Shown here one piece after another: positions 25,024 to 34,430 of a DNA stretch of 64,000 nucleotides. Source of the DNA: an uncultured Clostridia bacterium (GTDB taxonomy: Bacteria; Bacillota; Clostridia; Oscillospirales; Oscillospiraceae). Positions within the stretch are counted from its first letter, which is position 1. Every line of letters begins with the position of its first letter. A program made the translations under genes and the position numbers. The stretch spans positions 5,779 to 69,778 of the forward strand of contig CAMOKD010000003.1 of the NCBI GenBank assembly GCA_946617435.1, written 5' to 3'. The notes below the pieces were generated by a model, which was given only the letters and a program-made list of their open reading frames with translations, did no database searches and had not been told where the DNA came from.

Positions 25024-26190
25024 ATGAAACGAGTATTTCTGTTCGTCCTCGACTCCTGCGGCGCCGGCGAGCTGCCGGACGCCCCCAAGTTCGGGGATTA
25101 TAACGTCAACACCCTGCGCTCCTGCGCTACCTCGGACAAGCTGTCCATTCCCCACATGAAGGCCGCCGGCCTGGGCAACGTGGACGGCCTGGACTTCCTT
25201 GGGCCGGCGGCGCAGCCCTGCGGCGCCTACGGCAAGCTGGCCGAGGCCTCCATGGGCAAGGACACCACCATCGGCCACTGGGAGATTGCGGGCATTGTCT
25301 CGCCCAAGCCCATGCCCACCTACCCCAACGGCTTCCCCGAAGAGGTGCTCAAGCCCTTCCGGGAGCAGACCGGCCGGGGCACCCTGGCCAACGCCCCCTG
25401 GTCCGGCACTGCGGTCATCAACGAGTACGGCGATGAGCACGTCAGGACCGGCGACCTGATTGTCTACACCTCTGCAGACTCCGTCTTCCAGATCGCGGCC
25501 CACGAGAAGGTCGTGCCCCTGGAGGAGCTGTACGAAGACTGCCGCATTGCCCGCCGGATCCTGCAGGGCAAGCACGGCGTGGGCAGAGTGATTGCCCGGC
25601 CCTTCGTGGGCAGCGGCAACGGCAATTACGTCCGCACCTCCAACCGCCACGACTTCTCCCTGGAGCCCCCGCAGAAGACCATGCTGGACGCATTTAAAGA
25701 TGCCGGCCTGGACTCTATCGCCGTGGGCAAGATTTTTGACATCTTCGCCGGCCGGGGCACCACCGAGCACGTCTATACCAAGGGCAACACCGACGGCATG
25801 GGCAAGACCATGGCCTACGCCGACAAGGACTTCACCGGCCTGTGCTTCATCAACCTGGTAGACTTTGACATGCTCTACGGCCACCGCCGCGACATCGACG
25901 GCTATGCCGCCGCCCTGACGGAGTTTGACACCTGGCTCGGAGAATTCATGAAAAAGCTGGGCCCCGATGACATGGTCATGATCACTGCCGACCACGGCTG
26001 TGACCCGGCCTACCTTGCCACCACCGACCACACCCGGGAGTACATCCCCCTGCTGGTGCTGGGGCAGAAGATCAAGCCCGTCAACATCGGCGTGCGTCCC
26101 CGCTTTGCCGACATTGCCGCCACCATCTGCGACATCTTTGAAATCCCCCTGGAAACCCAGGGCGAGAGCTTTAAGGAGCAGATCCTGTAA
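25024..26190 (+). CDS. deoB: phosphopentomutase
   Basis: MKRVFLFVLDSCGAGELPDA, GKDTTIGHWEIAG, ITADHGCDP. 388 aa. Confidence 0.92.
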   Translation: MKRVFLFVLDSCGAGELPDAPKFGDYNVNTLRSCATSDKLSIPHMKAAGLGNVDGLDFLGPAAQPCGAYGKLAEASMGKDTTIGHWEIAGIVSPKPMPTYPNGFPEEVLKPFREQTGRGTLANAPWSGTAVINEYGDEHVRTGDLIVYTSADSVFQIAAHEKVVPLEELYEDCRIARRILQGKHGVGRVIARPFVGSGNGNYVRTSNRHDFSLEPPQKTMLDAFKDAGLDSIAVGKIFDIFAGRGTTEHVYTKGNTDGMGKTMAYADKDFTGLCFINLVDFDMLYGHRRDIDGYAAALTEFDTWLGEFMKKLGPDDMVMITADHGCDPAYLATTDHTREYIPLLVLGQKIKPVNIGVRPRFADIAATICDIFEIPLETQGESFKEQIL

Positions 26191-26214
26191 TCTAAACCGA
26201 ACGGAGGAATCCTT

Positions 26215-26625
26215 ATGACACCAAACGAATTGCTGGCACTGGCCAAGCAGGCGAGGGAGCGGGCCTATGTGCCCTATTCCGGCTATGCGGTAGGCGCGGC
26301 CCTGCTGTGCAAGGACGGTACGGTCTATCAGGGCTGCAACATTGAAAACGCAGCCTTCGGCCCCACCATCTGCGCAGAGCGGGTGGCCATGTTCAAGGCG
26401 GTGTACGATGGCCAGCGGGAATTTGAGGCCATTGCCGTGGCCGGCGGCAAAGCCGGTGCGGAGGTCACCGATCTGTTTCCGCCCTGCGGTGTGTGCCGGC
26501 AGGTGCTGCGGGAATTCTGCGGCCTGGACCTGAAGGTCTATATGGCCAGCGGTCCTGACACCTACGAGTGCCGCAGCTTGGGCGAAATGCTGCCGCTTAG
26601 CTTTTCCAAAGCGGATATGAAATGA
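26215..26625 (+). CDS. cdd: cytidine deaminase
   Basis: 136 aa. Zinc motifs CAERVA and PCGVCRQ. Confidence 0.92.
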   Translation: MTPNELLALAKQARERAYVPYSGYAVGAALLCKDGTVYQGCNIENAAFGPTICAERVAMFKAVYDGQREFEAIAVAGGKAGAEVTDLFPPCGVCRQVLREFCGLDLKVYMASGPDTYECRSLGEMLPLSFSKADMK

Positions 26626-26753
26626 ACTTTTTGTGAACATTTAACAAAATTGTAATAATTACTTGATTTTTCAGAAGAACTGTGGCATAATGCATTAGGT
26701 TGATAAAGCGCACCTGCGCTTGTCATATCAAATTACTTATGGAGGAAAAACAA

Positions 26754-28004
26754 ATGAAGAAGATTGTTGCTCTTCTGCTCGTCCTGGCTATGGTTGCCTG
26801 CCTGTTCGTGGCTTGCACCGGCACCACTCCCGAGCAGACCCCTGCGACCGAGGCTCCCGTTGAGGGCGAGACCGAGCAGACCCCTGCCACCGAGGCTCCC
26901 GTTGAGGGCGAGACCGAGGCTCCCGTTGAGGGCGAGACCGAAGAGGCCGCTGCTCCCGAGGCTACTGACATCCGCGTTGCCATGGTTACCGACTACGGCG
27001 ACATCACCGACGAGTCCTTCAACCAGGCCACCTATGAAGGTGCCAAGGCTTGGTGCGAGGAGAACGGCGTGGACTTCACCTACTTCAAGCCCACCGGCGA
27101 CTCCACTGCTGAGCGTGTTGCTTCCATCGAAGAGGCCATTGGCCAGGGCTACAACGTCCTGCTGATGCCCGGCTACGCTTTTGCCGGCGCCATTGTCGAG
27201 ACCATCGAGACCTACCCCGACGTCAAGTTCGTTGCTCTGGACGTGTCCGAGTACGACCTGCAGGATGCCAACGGCACTGCCGATGACTTCTCCTGGGTCT
27301 ATCCCGACAACCTGTACTCCGCTGTTTACCAGGAAGAGCTGGCTGGCTACATGGCCGGTGTTGCTGCTGTGAAGCTGGGCTACACCAAGATCGGCTACCT
27401 GGGCGGCATGGCTGTTCCCGCTGTTGTTCGCTATGGCTACGGCTTCGTGCAGGGCGTGAACGACGCTGCCAAGGAGCTGGGCAATGTTGCTGACATCGAA
27501 GTCAAGTATGTGTACGGCAACCAGTTCTTCGGCGATGCTGACATCACCGCTTACATGGACACCTGGTACAATGCCGGCACTGAGGTCGTCTTCGCTTGCG
27601 GCGGCGGCATCTACACCTCTGCTGCTGAGGCTGCTGCCAAGGTCGGCGGCAAGGTCATCGGCGTTGACGTTGACCAGGCTCCCACCATCGACGCTTACGG
27701 CGAAGGCATGACCGTGACCTCTGCTATGAAGGGTCTGGCTGCCACTGTTAAGACTCTGCTTACCAAGATCGCTGCCGGCGAGTTCGAGGGCGGCAAGGTT
27801 GAGACTCTGGGCCTCGTGTCCGAGAACCCCGAGGACAACTACGTCCAGCTGCCCGCCTCCACTCAGTGGGCCGATGGCTTCCAGGAGGCCGACTATCAGG
27901 CGCTGGTCGCTGCTCTGTACAACGGTGAGATCACCGTCTCCAACGACATCGAGAACGCTCCCGCTGTGGAGATCGCTGTCGACTACCAGGGCAACATCAA
28001 GTAA
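26754..28004 (+). CDS. BMP-family (PnrA/Med-like) ABC substrate-binding lipoprotein, probable nucleoside binding
   Basis: Start MKKIVALLLVLAMVACLFVAC (lipobox LFVAC) with a GGAGG RBS, then an acidic repeat linker. The BMP core has VAMVTDYGDITDESFNQ and GVDVDQ. Confidence 0.88.
   Translation: MKKIVALLLVLAMVACLFVACTGTTPEQTPATEAPVEGETEQTPATEAPVEGETEAPVEGETEEAAAPEATDIRVAMVTDYGDITDESFNQATYEGAKAWCEENGVDFTYFKPTGDSTAERVASIEEAIGQGYNVLLMPGYAFAGAIVETIETYPDVKFVALDVSEYDLQDANGTADDFSWVYPDNLYSAVYQEELAGYMAGVAAVKLGYTKIGYLGGMAVPAVVRYGYGFVQGVNDAAKELGNVADIEVKYVYGNQFFGDADITAYMDTWYNAGTEVVFACGGGIYTSAAEAAAKVGGKVIGVDVDQAPTIDAYGEGMTVTSAMKGLAATVKTLLTKIAAGEFEGGKVETLGLVSENPEDNYVQLPASTQWADGFQEADYQALVAALYNGEITVSNDIENAPAVEIAVDYQGNIK
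26832..26939 (+). repeat. 42-bp tandem repeat (2.6 copies) encoding the (EQTPAT)EAPVEGET linker
   Basis: Units at 26832-26873 and 26874-26915 differ by one base. A 24-bp partial unit lies at 26916-26939. Confidence 0.9.
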
Positions 28005-28024
28005 TTTCGTTTTCAATACTCCCA

Positions 28025-28057
28025 AGAGGGGCGACTCCGGTCGCCCCTCTGCTTTTT
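28025..28057 (+). terminator. rho-independent terminator/attenuator after the binding-protein gene
   Basis: 11-bp stem agaggggcgac/gtcgcccctct, tetraloop TCCG, then GCTTTTT. Confidence 0.85.
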
Positions 28058-28232
28058 GTATTGATCCACAATTGATACGCCCCATTTTTATGCACTCTGC
28101 AAAATTCTCTTGGGGCCTGCTGTTTCTGCACATTTCACACCAAAAATAATGAAAATAAATTGTAAATTTTGTTTGAAATCTATATGACCATGTAGTATAA
28201 TAATACCATGCTATAAAAGGAGGTGGCTGAGC

Positions 28233-29759
28233 TTGGAGAATCAATACGCGATTGAGATGTTAAACATCACAAAGCGTTTCCCGGGCATTATTGCGAATGA
28301 CAACATCACCCTCCAGCTGAAAAAGGGTGAGATCCACGCGCTCCTTGGCGAAAACGGCGCCGGCAAGTCTACTTTGATGAGTGTTTTGTTCGGCCTGTAT
28401 CAGCCGGAAGAGGGCGTGATCAAAAAGGACGGCAAGGTGGTGCAGATCAACGATCCCAACGACGCCAACCGTCTCGGCATCGGCATGGTCCATCAGCACT
28501 TCAAACTGGTTGAGTGCTTCTCCGTTCTGGACAACATCATTCTGGGCGTTGAGCCCAACAAGATGGGCTTCCTGCAAAAGGACGAGGCCCGCAAAAAGGT
28601 GATGGAGCTCTCCGAGCGTTACGGTCTGCACGTTGATCCCGACGCGATCATCGAAGACATCACCGTGGGTATGCAGCAGCGTACCGAAATCCTCAAGATG
28701 CTCTACCGCGAAAACGAGATCCTGATCTTTGACGAGCCCACCGCCGTGCTGACGCCCCAGGAAATCGAAGAGCTGATGCAGATCATGAAGGGACTGGCCA
28801 AGGAAGGCAAGTCCATCCTCTTTATCTCCCATAAGCTCAACGAAATCATGGAGGTGGCCGACCGCTGCTCCGTGCTGCGCAAGGGCAAGTACATCGGCAC
28901 TGTGGAGATTGCCAACACCACCAAGGAAGAGCTCTCTCGCATGATGGTGGGCCGCGACGTCGACTTTGTGGTCCACAAGGATCCGGCCAAGCCCACTGAC
29001 GTGGTTCTGGATGTCCAACACATCACCGTCGCCTCCAAGGCACACAGCAACAACGCGGTCAAGGATGTCTCCTTCCAGGTCCGCCGGGGCGAGATTGTCT
29101 GTATCGCCGGCATCGACGGCAACGGCCAGACCGAGCTGGTCTATGGCATCTCCGGCCTGGAGCCTCTGAAGAGCGGCAAGATCCTGATGGACGGCGAGGA
29201 TATCACCAAGCTTCCCATCCGCAAGCGCTCTGTAGACGGCATGAGCCATATCCCCGAAGACCGGCATAAGCACGGCCTGGTGCTGGACTACACCCTGGAA
29301 AACAACCTGGTTCTGCAGCGCTACTTTGAGCCCGAGTTTACCAACGCCATGGGCTTCCTCCGCAAGGACAACATCCGCAAGTACGCCGAGCGTCTGATTG
29401 AAGAGTACGACGTCCGCTCCGGCCAGGGCCCCATTACTCCCGCCCGTGCCATGTCCGGCGGCAACCAGCAAAAGGCAATCATTGCCCGTGAGATCGACAA
29501 GAATCCCAAGCTGCTCATTGCCGTGCAGCCCACCCGTGGCCTGGACGTAGGCGCCATTGAGTTTATCCACAAGCAGATCGTGGCCCACCGCGACGCGGGC
29601 AACGGCGTTCTGCTGGTGTCTCTGGAGCTGGATGAGGTTATGGCTCTGTCCGACCGCATCCTCGTCATGTACGAGGGTGAGATCGTGGGCGAGCTGGATC
29701 CCAAGCAGACCACCGTAGAAGAGATGGGCCTGTACATGGCAGGCGCCAAGAGACAATAA
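28233..29759 (+). CDS. ABC transporter ATP-binding protein, duplicated ATPase (sugar/nucleoside importer type)
   Basis: 508 aa. TTG start with a GGAGG RBS. Walker A GENGAGKST, signature sequences, and a second degenerate NBD with MSGGNQQK. Confidence 0.9.
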   Translation: MENQYAIEMLNITKRFPGIIANDNITLQLKKGEIHALLGENGAGKSTLMSVLFGLYQPEEGVIKKDGKVVQINDPNDANRLGIGMVHQHFKLVECFSVLDNIILGVEPNKMGFLQKDEARKKVMELSERYGLHVDPDAIIEDITVGMQQRTEILKMLYRENEILIFDEPTAVLTPQEIEELMQIMKGLAKEGKSILFISHKLNEIMEVADRCSVLRKGKYIGTVEIANTTKEELSRMMVGRDVDFVVHKDPAKPTDVVLDVQHITVASKAHSNNAVKDVSFQVRRGEIVCIAGIDGNGQTELVYGISGLEPLKSGKILMDGEDITKLPIRKRSVDGMSHIPEDRHKHGLVLDYTLENNLVLQRYFEPEFTNAMGFLRKDNIRKYAERLIEEYDVRSGQGPITPARAMSGGNQQKAIIAREIDKNPKLLIAVQPTRGLDVGAIEFIHKQIVAHRDAGNGVLLVSLELDEVMALSDRILVMYEGEIVGELDPKQTTVEEMGLYMAGAKRQ

Positions 29760-29780
29760 TCGAATGGAGGTCAGTGATCA

Positions 29781-30929
29781 ATGAAAGAAAAAAGATCTCT
29801 TTTAAGAAACGATGGCTTCCAGACCTTTGCCGCTTCCGTCCTGTGCATTGTATTGGGCCTGATTGTCGGCTATCTCGCACTGCTCATCATCAATGCAGAT
29901 GGGGCCGGTAAGGCCATCATGAGCGTCATCAAAAACTTCTTCAACAAGCCCACCTCGGCAGCCCGGCTGAAATACTTCGGCCAGACTCTGGCCAAGACCG
30001 CGCCGCTGCTGCTGTGCTCTCTGTCCGTGTTGTTTGCCTACAAGGTCGGCCTGTTCAACATCGGCGCCGCTGGCCAGTACTGCCTGGGCGTGGCCCTGGC
30101 CCTGTATCTGGGCATTTGCAAGCAGTGGCCCTGGTACCTGTGCCTGATCTGCGGCATCTGCGCCGGCAGCATCAGCGGTGCGGTGTGCGGCATCCTGCGT
30201 GCCTACTGCAACGTCAACGTGGTGATCTCCGGCATCATGCTCAACTGGATCAGCCTGTACGGCACCAACATGCTCCTTAAGCCCGCCATGGACCCTGCCG
30301 GCAAGGACACCTTCCGCCTGGTCAGCAAGGCCAAGCAGGCCCTGCTTCCCACCCTGGGCATGGAAAAGCTCTTCAACGACAAGTACGTCACCATCGCCAT
30401 CCCCATTGCCATTCTCATGGCCATTGTGGTCTGGATTGTTCTGGATAAGACCAAGCTGGGCTACGAGCTGAAGGCCACCGGCAACAACCTGAACGCCGCC
30501 AAGTACTGCGGCATGAAGGAAAACCGCAACATCATCCTCACCATGGTGATTGCGGGCGGCCTGGCCGCCATGGGCGGCGCCCTGTATTACCTGTCCGACT
30601 TCACCCAGTGGAACGTCAACTCCTCCTCTGTGCCGGGCATGGGCTTCAACGGCATTGCCGCAGCCTTCCTGGGCGGCCTGAACCCCATCGGCAGCATTTT
30701 CTCCTCCTTCTTCATCACCCATATCACCGACGGCGGCGGCTATGTGGACCTCAGCCACTACTGTGCCCAGATTGCCGACTTTATCTCCGCCGTGATCATC
30801 TACCTGTGCGGCTTTGTGCTGTTCTTCAAGACCTTCCTGAACAGCCGCCTGAACAAGGCGGAGGAGCGTAAGATTGAGAAGGCCCGCGCCTTGGCTGCTG
30901 CGGAAACTAACAAAGGAGGTAAAGCATAA
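29781..30929 (+). CDS. ABC transporter permease
   Basis: 382-aa polytopic ORF immediately downstream of the ATPase gene, with a Lys/Ala-rich C-terminal tail. Confidence 0.85.
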   Translation: MKEKRSLLRNDGFQTFAASVLCIVLGLIVGYLALLIINADGAGKAIMSVIKNFFNKPTSAARLKYFGQTLAKTAPLLLCSLSVLFAYKVGLFNIGAAGQYCLGVALALYLGICKQWPWYLCLICGICAGSISGAVCGILRAYCNVNVVISGIMLNWISLYGTNMLLKPAMDPAGKDTFRLVSKAKQALLPTLGMEKLFNDKYVTIAIPIAILMAIVVWIVLDKTKLGYELKATGNNLNAAKYCGMKENRNIILTMVIAGGLAAMGGALYYLSDFTQWNVNSSSVPGMGFNGIAAAFLGGLNPIGSIFSSFFITHITDGGGYVDLSHYCAQIADFISAVIIYLCGFVLFFKTFLNSRLNKAEERKIEKARALAAAETNKGGKA

Positions 30930-31879
30930 TGTTATTGCTGATTCAGTACACTCTGATTTTTGCCTCTGTTCTTTTGCTGGTTGCCCTGGGCGGCTGCGTG
31001 TCTGAGCACTCCGGTGTCATCAACCTGGGCCTGGAAGGCATCATGGTCATGGGCTCCCTGGGCGGCGCCCTGGTGATGCGGTTTCTGCCCTACACTGCCA
31101 CCATGGGCGGCAGATTCGGCATGTTCTTTGCGGTGCTGTGCGCGGCCATTATCTTCGGCGTGGTATACTCCTGCCTGCTGGCGGTCGCCTGTATCAATCT
31201 CAAGGCGGACCAGACCATAGTCGGTACGGCCCTGAATATGCTGGGCACCGCTCTGGCCACCGTGGCGGTCAAGTCCATGAACACCGCCCTGAACCCCGAC
31301 GACCACTCCTCCGAGATCAAGTACATCAACGCCAAGAAGGCCTTCCTGACCAACATCGGCAAGTTTGAGCTCAACTGGTTTATGATCGTGGCCGTGATTC
31401 TGCTGGTCGTCGTCTTCGTCCTGCTGTACAAGACCAAGTTCGGCCTGCGGCTGCGGGCCTGCGGCGAGCATCCCCAGGCAGCTGCCTCTGTGGGCATCAA
31501 CGTCTTCAAGATGCGCTGGGCTGGCGTTCTGATCTCCGGCCTGCTGGGCGGCGTGGGCGGCATCACCTACATCACTGCCGGCGTGTCCACCTGGAAGTTT
31601 GAAAACGGCGTGGCGGGCTTCGGCTTCCTGGCCCTGGCCGTTATGATCTTCGGCGCCTGGGATCCCTTCCGCATTGCTGGCGCGGCCCTGCTGTTTGGCC
31701 TGTTCCGCGCATTGGGCAACGTGTACAACGCCTTTGACTTCCTCAAGGCCATGAACATCCCCAGCGGCGTGTACAACATGCTGCCCTACATCGTCTGCCT
31801 GATCGTGCTGGCCTTCACCTCCAAGAAGTCCCGCGCGCCCAAGGCCGAGGGCATCCCCTACGACAAGGGCATGAGATAA
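30929..31879 (+). CDS. ABC transporter permease
   Basis: 316-aa polytopic ORF. Its start overlaps the previous stop (TAATG). Confidence 0.85.
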   Translation: MLLLIQYTLIFASVLLLVALGGCVSEHSGVINLGLEGIMVMGSLGGALVMRFLPYTATMGGRFGMFFAVLCAAIIFGVVYSCLLAVACINLKADQTIVGTALNMLGTALATVAVKSMNTALNPDDHSSEIKYINAKKAFLTNIGKFELNWFMIVAVILLVVVFVLLYKTKFGLRLRACGEHPQAAASVGINVFKMRWAGVLISGLLGGVGGITYITAGVSTWKFENGVAGFGFLALAVMIFGAWDPFRIAGAALLFGLFRALGNVYNAFDFLKAMNIPSGVYNMLPYIVCLIVLAFTSKKSRAPKAEGIPYDKGMR

Positions 31880-31981
31880 TCCTTGACATTCTTCCCAATA
31901 ACTGATAAAATTTACACCGGCAGGAGTGTTCCTGTCGGTGTAAATTTGTTTCTCACTGACATACAACAAAAGGAGGCTGGC

Positions 31982-32629
31982 ATGACAGAGCAGATTTTGG
32001 TCATTGGAATTGCAGGCGGCAGCGGCAGCGGAAAAACCACCTTGATGAAAAACCTGATGCAGGGCTTCGGCGATCAGATTGCCGTGCTCAGCCACGACAA
32101 TTACTATCGCGCCCATGACGAGCTTCCCTTTGAGCAGCGCAGCAAGCTCAATTACGACCACCCCGATGCCTTTGACACCGAGATGATGATTGAGCATTTG
32201 CGGCAGCTCAAGCAGGGCAAGACCATTGCCTGCCCGGTCTATGACTACACCATCCACAACCGCACCAGCGAGGTCACCATGATCGAATCCCGCAGTGTCA
32301 TCATTGTGGAGGGCATCCTGATCTTCGAAAACAAGGCCCTGTGCGATGAGATGGACATCAAGATCTTTGTGGACACCGACGACGACGTGCGTCTGATCCG
32401 CCGGATCAAGCGGGACGTAGCCAAACGCGGCCGCAGTCTCCAGTCTGTGCTCAACCAGTACCTTGAAACCGTCAAGCCCATGCACGAGCAGTTTGTAGAG
32501 CCCAGCAAGAAAAACGCGGACGTTGTGGTGCTGGAGGGCGGCAAGAACCTGGTGGCCCTGGAGATGATCACCAGCCAGATCCAGCGGCACATCCAGCGCA
32601 GCGAGGCGGCCAAGGCAGCGCAGGACTGA
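31982..32629 (+). CDS. udk: uridine kinase
   Basis: MTEQILVIGIAGGSGSGKTT P-loop, NYDHPDAFD, RRIKRD. AAAGGAGG RBS. Confidence 0.9.
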   Translation: MTEQILVIGIAGGSGSGKTTLMKNLMQGFGDQIAVLSHDNYYRAHDELPFEQRSKLNYDHPDAFDTEMMIEHLRQLKQGKTIACPVYDYTIHNRTSEVTMIESRSVIIVEGILIFENKALCDEMDIKIFVDTDDDVRLIRRIKRDVAKRGRSLQSVLNQYLETVKPMHEQFVEPSKKNADVVVLEGGKNLVALEMITSQIQRHIQRSEAAKAAQD

Positions 32630-32662
32630 GTCTTCTCCCCGGGCAGCTGTGATACACAAACA

Positions 32663-32697
32663 AAACGGAGCCGGAAGCCCGGCTCCGTTTCTCTTTC
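32663..32697 (+). terminator. rho-independent terminator after udk
   Basis: 12-bp stem aaacggagccgg/ccggctccgttt, loop AAGC, then a T-rich tail. Confidence 0.75.
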
Positions 32698-32844
32698 CGC
32701 CGGGAAGAAAAGCCCTGCCCTCGGGGGAATATTTTGCCGGAAAGCAGGAAAAAATAATATACAATTGACACTCTGCTGTGGTATACTGGAATCGGGCCGC
32801 ATCCGGCCACGCTCTCTTGCAAACGGTGAAAGGAGGAACCTGAG

Positions 32845-34341
32845 ATGTTCCAACGCGAACTCTATCGGGCAGATATGCTCAAATGTGCCCTGTGCCAAAA
32901 CGCGCCCTGTACCGCCGCCTGCGGCAGGCTGGACCCTGCCGGTCTGCTCAGAAGCATCTGGTTTGACAATGAAAAGGCTGCAGCCTCTGCGCTGCCGGCC
33001 CAGAACCCCTGCCTGCACTGTGACGCCCCCTGTGAGCGGGCCTGCCTGCGATCCGGCCAGGTGCCCATCCGTGATCTGATCCACCGGCTATATGACCGGG
33101 TGAAGCCCGCCCTGGAGCTCCCTGCCCCGGAGGATGAGGCGCGGCTGCGCACAGATCTGTGCGGTGTCCCCCTGGAAAACCCCTTCTTCCTGTCCTCCTC
33201 GGTGGTGGCCAGCACCTATGAGATGTGCGCCCGGGCCTTCGAAGCGGGCTGGGCCGGGGTGGCCTTTAAGACCATCTGCTCCTTTGAGATTCACGAGGCC
33301 TCGCCCCGGTTTTCCGCCATTACCGGGGACAACGGTACCATCATCGGCTTTAAGAATATTGAACAGCTCTCCGACCACAGCGTGGCGGAGAATATGGAGA
33401 TCTTCCGCCGGCTGAAGCAGAACTATCCCACCAAGTGCATCCTGGCCTCCATCATGGGGCAGAACGACGCCGAATGGGAGTCATTGGCCCGGCAGTGCGA
33501 GGAAAACGGCGCCGACGCCATTGAGCTGAACTTCTCCTGTCCCAATATGGCGGACGGGGGCCTGGGCTCTGACATCGGGCAGGTGCCCGCCCTGGTGGAG
33601 CGCTTCACCGCCGCAGCCCGGCGGGGGACCAAGCTGCCCATCCTGGCCAAGCTCACCCCCAACGTGGCTGCCATGAGCCCTGCCGCCGAGGCGGCCAAGC
33701 GGGGCGGGGCAGACGGCCTGGCGGCCATCAATACCATCAAAAGCATCATCGGGGTCAACCCCCACACCTACATCTCCGCCCCGGCAGTCCACGGGATGTC
33801 CGCCCTGGGGGGCTACAGCGGCAACGCGGTGAAGCCCCTGGCCCTGCGGTTTATCGCAGAGCTCGGGCAGAACCCGGCTCTGTCCGGTATGCATCTGAGC
33901 GCCATGGGCGGGGTGGAGACCTGGTCTGACGCCCTGGAGTTCCTTTTGCTGGGCGGCGGCACTGTCCAGGTGACCACCGCGGTGATGCAGTACGGCTACC
34001 GGATCATTGACGATCTCAAATCCGGCCTGAACAACTACCTGGCGGAAAAGGGCTTTGACTCTGTCAACCGGGTGCGGGGCCTGGCCCTGCCGAATGTCAG
34101 CGACACCACGGAGATCCTGGAGCGGGACACCGTCCTGCTGCCCAGATTCCTCCGGGAGCGGTGCATCGGCTGCGGCCGCTGTGCCATCTCCTGTGCCGAC
34201 GGCGGCCACCAGGCCATCCGTCTGGATGCTGAGCGCCGCCCGGTGCTGGACGGTAAACGATGTGTGGGCTGCCACCTGTGCCTGCTGGTCTGCCCGGAGC
34301 GGGCCATCCGCCCGGCCCGGAGGCGTATCCAAAGAGGTTGA
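32845..34341 (+). CDS. PreA-like dihydropyrimidine/dihydroorotate-dehydrogenase-family flavoprotein with Cys-rich N-terminal extension and C-terminal 2x[4Fe-4S] domain
   Basis: 498 aa. Class-1 DHOD-like core (NPFFLSSS, ELNFSCPNM, KLTPNV, GGV). C-terminal CIGCGRCAISC and CVGCHLCLLVCP. N-terminal about 90 aa with CALCQNAPCTAAC and CLHCDAPCERAC. Confidence 0.8.
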   Translation: MFQRELYRADMLKCALCQNAPCTAACGRLDPAGLLRSIWFDNEKAAASALPAQNPCLHCDAPCERACLRSGQVPIRDLIHRLYDRVKPALELPAPEDEARLRTDLCGVPLENPFFLSSSVVASTYEMCARAFEAGWAGVAFKTICSFEIHEASPRFSAITGDNGTIIGFKNIEQLSDHSVAENMEIFRRLKQNYPTKCILASIMGQNDAEWESLARQCEENGADAIELNFSCPNMADGGLGSDIGQVPALVERFTAAARRGTKLPILAKLTPNVAAMSPAAEAAKRGGADGLAAINTIKSIIGVNPHTYISAPAVHGMSALGGYSGNAVKPLALRFIAELGQNPALSGMHLSAMGGVETWSDALEFLLLGGGTVQVTTAVMQYGYRIIDDLKSGLNNYLAEKGFDSVNRVRGLALPNVSDTTEILERDTVLLPRFLRERCIGCGRCAISCADGGHQAIRLDAERRPVLDGKRCVGCHLCLLVCPERAIRPARRRIQRG

Positions 34342-34361
34342 TTTTCCCCAGGTACTGTTAT

Positions 34362-34413
34362 AAAAAATCCTTCCGCTTCCGGGGCAGGCGTCCCGGAAGC
34401 GGAAGGATTTTTT
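34362..34413. terminator. bidirectional rho-independent terminator
   Basis: Stem of about 22 bp, aaaaaatccttccgcttccggg / tcccggaagcggaaggatttttt, with A/T runs on both sides, between convergent genes. Confidence 0.85.
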
Positions 34414-34430
34414 GACGGATTCTGCGCGGC

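Noticed and set aside
28061-28070. Isolated DnaA-box-like 9-mers (TGATCCACA near 28061; TGTGGATAG near 44735)
   Set aside because: These are single one-mismatch occurrences inside ordinary promoter regions, which is compatible with chance. Only the 14302-14402 cluster is reported.
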